From assembly GCA_037443205.1 (NCBI GenBank), contig JBBIOU010000011.1, positions 1,441 to 65,440 of the forward strand: 64,000 nucleotides of DNA, read 5' to 3'. Position 1 is the stretch's first letter. Each line of letters opens with the position of its first letter. Below, piece after piece: positions 58,809 to 64,000 of this stretch. The position numbers and the translations under genes are program-made. The notes beneath the pieces are model-generated. The model ran no database searches. It was not told the DNA's origin and saw only the letters and a program-made list of their open reading frames with translations. Source of the stretch: Flavobacteriales bacterium (GTDB taxonomy: Bacteria > Bacteroidota > Bacteroidia > Flavobacteriales_D > UBA2798).

Positions 58809-59537
58809 TTAATTGATTTGTAAAATTACAATACTTGTGTCTTTAATGTTAATCATATTTTTAAAGCGTGTATCGTTTTTATAATATTCGTTTAATGCTT
58901 TTATTACTTCGGCCCATCCGTAATCGTGCCACAAAATAATTCCTTTGCCATTTCGCAGCAGTTTCAGAGCTGCTTCCGTATCATTCACTACATATTCATA
59001 AGCATGAGAGCCATCAATAAAAACAAGGTCAATAGTATTTGCCAAGATTGAATAATCATATTTTGCCGAGTCGGAATATATTTGAGTAATCATTTTTTCG
59101 TAAGGTGTACCAATAAATTGTGTGCCCGATTGTTCTTTATCAATAAATGCTCTTTCGCCACTTTTTATTCTTAGTTTGGTTTTGGTAATTTCAGATTTGG
59201 GCAAGTCTAATGTATACACATGGCTATCGGGAGAAGAATTAGCAGCCATATTCAATGATGTTTTGCCATTAAATGTGCCGATTTCAAATATACGTTTGGG
59301 TTGGGCGTATTTAACAATACTGCAAATACATTCTAACTCATAGGGCGAAATATTACCGTCTTGAAATTCATTATTCACCGTAATAAAATCTACCTTTCCG
59401 GTAATTTCGTGTAGTGTTTTTACCGGAATAATTTTTTCGTGCATCTTTTTTTTAGATACATTGAAATAAGAAGGAAGTACTTTAAATAATGAGCCGCTTT
59501 TGATTAAATAAAACAATCGTTTAATCCAGTATTTCAT
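58809..59537 (-). CDS. Class I SAM-dependent methyltransferase
   Basis: IFEIGTFNGKTSL and DLVFIDGSHAYEYV...ILWHDY (Methyltransf_24-like) are present. Confidence 0.7.
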   Translation of the reverse strand: MKYWIKRLFYLIKSGSLFKVLPSYFNVSKKKMHEKIIPVKTLHEITGKVDFITVNNEFQDGNISPYELECICSIVKYAQPKRIFEIGTFNGKTSLNMAANSSPDSHVYTLDLPKSEITKTKLRIKSGERAFIDKEQSGTQFIGTPYEKMITQIYSDSAKYDYSILANTIDLVFIDGSHAYEYVVNDTEAALKLLRNGKGIILWHDYGWAEVIKALNEYYKNDTRFKNMINIKDTSIVILQIN

Positions 59538-59587
59538 GTTTTGTGATTTTATTCAAACATACACAGAATTTTTGTTGCAGCAACTCA

Positions 59588-60793
59588 TTATTGTACTTTA
59601 TTCCATTCATTCCAAAAACCGGGATATGATTTTTTAACTACCTCAGGGTTATTTATGGTAAACTTGCCGTATAAGATTGACAATGGAGCAAAGCTCATAG
59701 CCATGCGGTGATCGTTATAAGTATTTACACATATAGCATTTTCAGGAGATTTAAAACCGGTAATTTTAAGAGATTCATGATCCGTAAAAATTTCTGCACC
59801 AAATTTTGCAAGTTCATTTTTTAATGCTTCAATACGGTCGGTTTCTTTTATTTTTAAAGTTTTTAATCCTTTTAAATAAGCCTTTGTTTTTAATGCGGCA
59901 CACAAGCAGGCAAAAGTTTGTGCCAGATCAGGACAATCGGTAAAATCATACTCAAAATATGGTGGTTTTATGTTTTTTGTTTTTATGATAGTACAACCCG
60001 TATCATTAAAAACGGTTTCAACACCAAAATTATAGAACAGCGAATGAATGATGCTATCGCCTTGCAAACTGTCTTTATGCAGTAAATCAAAACTCAGTTG
60101 GCAAGTATTGCTTAATGCGGCCATTAGATACCAATAAGATGCTGCACTCCAGTCGTTTTCTATTTGGTAAACATGTGGTTTGTAAATACCGTTTTTAATT
60201 TCAACTAAATTTTTATTGATGTTTAATTCAATGCCAAATTTTTGCATCAATGCAGCAGTCATCTTTATATAAGGCATAGATACGGGCCGGGTATCGAAAG
60301 TTATGGTTAAGCCATTTTTAAATAAAGGAGCAATCATCATTAATGATGAAATGTACTGGCTGCTGATGTCAGCACGTAGCTTTATTTTTCCTCCATCAAT
60401 GTTTTTTTTGCCATAAATAATAACCGGAGGGAAGTTCTTTTTTTCGACATATTCAATGTTTATTCCCAACGTTTGTAATGCTTCTGCAAGTACGCCTATA
60501 GGTCTTTGTTTCATTCTGTCGGTGCCCGTTAATAAATGTTTGCCTTCAATTACAGATAAGAGAGCCGTGGCAAAACGAAGAGCTGTACCTGCATCTTCGG
60601 CATCAAAAATATTTTGTTTGCCTATGCACGAAATTATCCTTTGAAAAACAAGGGTATCGTTGGCGTTTGATAAATTTTTAATATTTATTTTATTACCCGA
60701 TAAAAAATTCATCATTAAAACTCTGTTGCTAATGCTTTTAGAAGAAGGCAATAAAATATGTGCTTTGGTTTTTTGTGGTGGAAATATTTCCAT
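59588..60793 (-). CDS. aroA: 3-phosphoshikimate 1-carboxyvinyltransferase (EPSP synthase)
   Basis: 401 aa. LPSSKSISNR, GTALRF, MKQRPI and DHRMAMSFAPL are present. Confidence 0.9.
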   Translation of the reverse strand: MEIFPPQKTKAHILLPSSKSISNRVLMMNFLSGNKINIKNLSNANDTLVFQRIISCIGKQNIFDAEDAGTALRFATALLSVIEGKHLLTGTDRMKQRPIGVLAEALQTLGINIEYVEKKNFPPVIIYGKKNIDGGKIKLRADISSQYISSLMMIAPLFKNGLTITFDTRPVSMPYIKMTAALMQKFGIELNINKNLVEIKNGIYKPHVYQIENDWSAASYWYLMAALSNTCQLSFDLLHKDSLQGDSIIHSLFYNFGVETVFNDTGCTIIKTKNIKPPYFEYDFTDCPDLAQTFACLCAALKTKAYLKGLKTLKIKETDRIEALKNELAKFGAEIFTDHESLKITGFKSPENAICVNTYNDHRMAMSFAPLSILYGKFTINNPEVVKKSYPGFWNEWNKVQ

Positions 60794-60796
60794 AAT

Positions 60797-61870
60797 TTAT
60801 TGTTTCATCAAAAAATAGAGCGCATCGTATATCAGTGGTATTTCAATATAATTATCAATTGTGGCATTTCCTTTGCCTGATAATAGGGTGAAATTAATTT
60901 TATTATCCTTATTTTTTTTGTCGTTTTTCATTAGTTCGATGATGCGTTGAAAATCCGTTTTATCGTAATCAAAACTTTTGTAATATTTTTTTATGTATCG
61001 GCAAATTTGATTGTGCAGGTTTTCGTCAATTTTATTTTTTTTAAATGATATAAATGTTTCTGCCATCATACCTAAAGCAACTGCTTCGCCATGTAGCAAA
61101 AATTTTTCGGGATTTTCAATACCAAATGTTTCTAAGGCATGCCCAATGGTATGGCCAAAATTCAACATCTTTCTATTATTGTTTTCGTAAGGGTCATCAT
61201 TTACTATTTTATTTTTTATGTCAATAGCATGGCATAAGATATCTTCGTTATAAAAGTGTTTATCAGGTTCTTGGTCTTTTATTTTATTCCATAAATTAAT
61301 ATCAGCAATTAAAGCATGTTTAATTATTTCAGCAAAGCCCGATAGCAATTGTTTTTTATCAAGCGTTTTCAGAAAACCCGGATCAATAAAAACTGCTTTT
61401 GGAAAGCTAAATAATCCAATCTGATTTTTTATACCGTTTAAATCTATACCCGTTTTTCCGCCAACAGATGCATCAGCTTGCGCCAACAGTGTGGTGGCAA
61501 TATTAATGTAATCTATACCGCGTTTATAAGTAGAAGCAACAAAGGCGCCCATATCGCAAATTACGCCACCGCCTAAATTAATTATCAAGGCATGCCGATC
61601 TGCTTTGAGTTGAGTTAAAGCCTCCCAAATACCTTTACATATCTCTATATTTTTATTTTGTTCTCCGCTTTCTATTTCTATTAATTCGATCGGGCCGCAT
61701 TCGTTTATTATCGAGGCTATTTGCGGATAACAATATTTAAGAGTGTTTTCATCAAGAATAATGAACAGTTGTTTGTTCTTATAGTTATTTTTTAAAAACA
61801 AGCCTAAATTTTCATGGCTTATAGAACCAATATAAATGGGATAGTTTTGTGTATGTATTTGTTTATGCAT
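60797..61870 (-). CDS. aroB: 3-dehydroquinate synthase
   Basis: 357 aa. LGGGVICDMGAF, GGKTGIDL and NFGHTIGHALE...HGEAVALGM are present. Confidence 0.9.
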   Translation of the reverse strand: MHKQIHTQNYPIYIGSISHENLGLFLKNNYKNKQLFIILDENTLKYCYPQIASIINECGPIELIEIESGEQNKNIEICKGIWEALTQLKADRHALIINLGGGVICDMGAFVASTYKRGIDYINIATTLLAQADASVGGKTGIDLNGIKNQIGLFSFPKAVFIDPGFLKTLDKKQLLSGFAEIIKHALIADINLWNKIKDQEPDKHFYNEDILCHAIDIKNKIVNDDPYENNNRKMLNFGHTIGHALETFGIENPEKFLLHGEAVALGMMAETFISFKKNKIDENLHNQICRYIKKYYKSFDYDKTDFQRIIELMKNDKKNKDNKINFTLLSGKGNATIDNYIEIPLIYDALYFLMKQ

Positions 61871-61948
61871 TTAAGTGCAATTTTACAAAATATAGAGCCT
61901 AAATAGATATTATATTGCATAAATTCGGAATTATTATCAATTAAAGCG

Positions 61949-61956
61949 TATCTTTG
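61949..61956 (+). promoter_or_regulatory. Putative -7 promoter element for the DEAD-box helicase
   Basis: TATCTTTG matches TAnnTTTG, 18 nt before the ATG at 61975. Confidence 0.4.
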
Positions 61957-61974
61957 CAACTTATTTTATAATAT

Positions 61975-63726
61975 ATGACAACATTTAATGAACTTGGACT
62001 ACGTGAAGATATATTGAAAGCAATCAGTTTACTTGGTTTTAATCATCCCACACCCATACAGCAGCAGGCCATACCTATGCTGTTAAACGAAAACACCGAT
62101 TTAGTAGGTTTAGCCCAAACAGGAACCGGAAAAACAGCAGCATTTGGTTTACCGCTTATTTCTAAAATAGATTTTACCCAAACCTATACACAGGCTTTGG
62201 TTATCTGTCCTACACGCGAATTGTGTCTTCAAATTACCAAAGATTTGCAAAATTATGCTTCGCAGATAAAAAATGTAAATATTGTAGCTGTTTACGGAGG
62301 AGCGAGCATTGAAAATCAAAGCCGTCAGTTAAAGCGCGGAGCACAGATTATTGTTGCAACTCCGGGAAGACTGATTGATATGATAGAGCGCAACATGGTT
62401 AACATTAGCAAAATTAATATAGTGGTATTAGATGAGGCTGACGAAATGTTAAACATGGGTTTTAAGGAAGCAATTGATGATATTTTGAAAAACGTACCCA
62501 AAGACCGGAATACCTGGTTATTTTCGGCTACCATGCCCCACGAAGTTGCGCGCATTGCACGCAATTATATGCAGCAACCTAAAGAAATAACCATGGGTAA
62601 ACAAAATGCCAGCGCAGATAATATCGAGCATCAATATTATGTTATAAAAGAAAAAGACCGTTATTTTGCATTGAAGCGTATCATTGATTTTTACCCTGAA
62701 ATTTTTGGTATTATATTTTGCAGAACACGCAGTGAAACACAGATGATTGCAGAAAAATTAATTAAAGACGGTTACAACTGCGAAGCATTGCATGGTGATT
62801 TATCACAGGCCCAGCGAGACCATGTAATGAAAAAATTCAGAGAAAGAAGTATTCAGTTGCTTTGCGCTACCGATGTAGCAGCACGAGGTATTGATGTAAA
62901 TGATGTTACCCATGTTATAAACTATAACTTGCCCGATGATATCGAAAATTACACGCATCGCAGCGGAAGAACTGCACGTGCAGGTAAATCGGGCATCAGT
63001 ATAATTTTTGTAAACACCCGCGAAATTGATAAAATTCGGGCGATAGAAAGGCAAATTAAAAAATCGTTTGTACGCACTAATATACCAAACGGAAGCGAGA
63101 TTTGTGCCAAGCAATTGTATGCATTAATTGATAAAATGGCAAAAACCGAAGTAAAAGATGAAGAAATTGAGCCCTATATGCAAAAAGTTAGTGACGCATT
63201 CACCGGAATGAGTAAAGAAGATGTCATTAAACGGTTTATTTCGGCAGAGTTTAATCGTTTTATAGAATATTACCGTAATTCGGAGGATTTAAATGTAAAA
63301 GACAATAATCGCGCTGATAAAGCTAATTATCATGATGGTTCTTCATATAAAAAAGGATATGGCGCTGAACCGGGCAAAACACGCTTTTTTATTAATATTG
63401 GCGAGCTTGATAATGCAAATAAAGGTATGATATTGCGATTAATATGCGACAATGCAGGACTGAAAGGTAAAGATGTTGGACGAATTGATATTAAACGCGA
63501 ATTTTCTTTTTTTGAAGTTAATTCATCTTATGTTCAGGATGTAAAAAATGCACTTAACGATTATGTTTTACCCGAAAATGGTCGTAAAATAAGAGTAGAA
63601 GTTAGCGAAAATAAACCAACCGGAGAGAGGGGCGGATTTAAAGCTAAGAAAAAAAACGGTTATCATAAAAATTCAGAAGGATATAATAAGGTTAAGAAAA
63701 ACTTAAGAAAAGAATATCAATATTGA
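61975..63726 (+). CDS. DEAD-box ATP-dependent RNA helicase (DeaD/CsdA-like) with a DbpA-type C-terminal RNA-binding domain
   Basis: Motifs present: the Q-motif (TPIQQQAIP), AQTGTGKT, PTRELC, DEAD (VLDEADEML), SAT and HRSGRTARAG, plus a basic C-terminal tail. Confidence 0.92.
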   Translation: MTTFNELGLREDILKAISLLGFNHPTPIQQQAIPMLLNENTDLVGLAQTGTGKTAAFGLPLISKIDFTQTYTQALVICPTRELCLQITKDLQNYASQIKNVNIVAVYGGASIENQSRQLKRGAQIIVATPGRLIDMIERNMVNISKINIVVLDEADEMLNMGFKEAIDDILKNVPKDRNTWLFSATMPHEVARIARNYMQQPKEITMGKQNASADNIEHQYYVIKEKDRYFALKRIIDFYPEIFGIIFCRTRSETQMIAEKLIKDGYNCEALHGDLSQAQRDHVMKKFRERSIQLLCATDVAARGIDVNDVTHVINYNLPDDIENYTHRSGRTARAGKSGISIIFVNTREIDKIRAIERQIKKSFVRTNIPNGSEICAKQLYALIDKMAKTEVKDEEIEPYMQKVSDAFTGMSKEDVIKRFISAEFNRFIEYYRNSEDLNVKDNNRADKANYHDGSSYKKGYGAEPGKTRFFINIGELDNANKGMILRLICDNAGLKGKDVGRIDIKREFSFFEVNSSYVQDVKNALNDYVLPENGRKIRVEVSENKPTGERGGFKAKKKNGYHKNSEGYNKVKKNLRKEYQY

Positions 63727-63733
63727 TGTTCTT

Positions 63734-64000
63734 TTATTTTTTTAGATTTTTTTCGTAGATATTTATCCAATTTTGTACGGTAATTTTTGTGCATAATTGT
63801 CCGAGAAGTTCATAGGGAATATGCTCGGGCTTTTTAAATCTGATACATGATTTACCCATATCAAGTTTAGCATGGCTGTGTTTAGGATATTCATTTACAA
63901 ACCAATTTAATAATTCGGGTTGAGCATAGATGCCCATGTGATAAAATGCAATAAAGTTTTTTTGAGCGGCAATACTCAAAAAGGGTAGAGGAAGTTTAGG
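63734..64000 (-). CDS. DUF1801 (YdhG-like) domain protein; the N-terminus runs off the window
   Basis: The frame stays open upstream of the track start (...PKLPLPFLSIAAQKNFIAFYHMG...), so the gene continues past 64000. KSCIRFKKPEHIP is typical of DUF1801. Confidence 0.55.
   Translation of the reverse strand, partial: PKLPLPFLSIAAQKNFIAFYHMGIYAQPELLNWFVNEYPKHSHAKLDMGKSCIRFKKPEHIPYELLGQLCTKITVQNWINIYEKNLKK

Noticed and set aside
1-64000. Window-wide look for CRISPR arrays, rRNA, riboswitches, toxin-antitoxin pairs, restriction-modification systems or other known defence modules
   Set aside because: I saw no direct-repeat/spacer array, no rRNA-like conserved blocks and no nuclease, methylase or ATPase gene pairs typical of defence systems. 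The only RNA gene I can support is tRNA-Leu.

Overview
This is a low-GC chromosomal segment, with roughly one third G+C by eye. It is almost certainly from a member of the Bacteroidota. Three things support that. Five proteins carry type IX secretion (T9SS) C-terminal sorting domains. PorP/SprF, DUF3098 and DUF4292 genes are present. Many genes are preceded by the Bacteroidota -7 promoter motif TAnnTTTG.

I call about 55 protein-coding genes, one tRNA-Leu(CAA), two clear hairpin terminators and a family of dispersed intergenic repeats. Most of the window is housekeeping: gdhA, recQ, panB, thiL, truB, uppP, ftsX, leuS, murQ, ubiE, cysH, aroA, aroB and a DEAD-box helicase. I see no rRNA, CRISPR array, transposase, integrase or recognisable phage-defence gene.

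The regions most worth a second look are:
1. 31.1-42.5 kb: a duplicated module of a T9SS type-B cargo gene followed by a PorP/SprF gene, closed by one OmpA/PD40/TPR gene. The two cargoes share an N-terminal domain I cannot name and arrays of an ~85-aa repeat.
2. 5.7-11.5 kb: a 1175-aa secreted peptidoglycan amidase whose stop codon overlaps the start of a hybrid histidine kinase with no sensor domain. A LytTR response regulator follows and is frameshifted in an A8 tract.
3. 21.7-24.2 kb: an eight-gene operon of ArsR, DUF983, two rhodaneses, thioredoxin and small proteins, preceded by a perfect AT palindrome.
4. A structured intergenic repeat family present in nearly every long spacer. Two 135-nt copies lie in inverted orientation 22 kb apart.

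All functional calls come from reading the supplied translations for family motifs. No database search was run.
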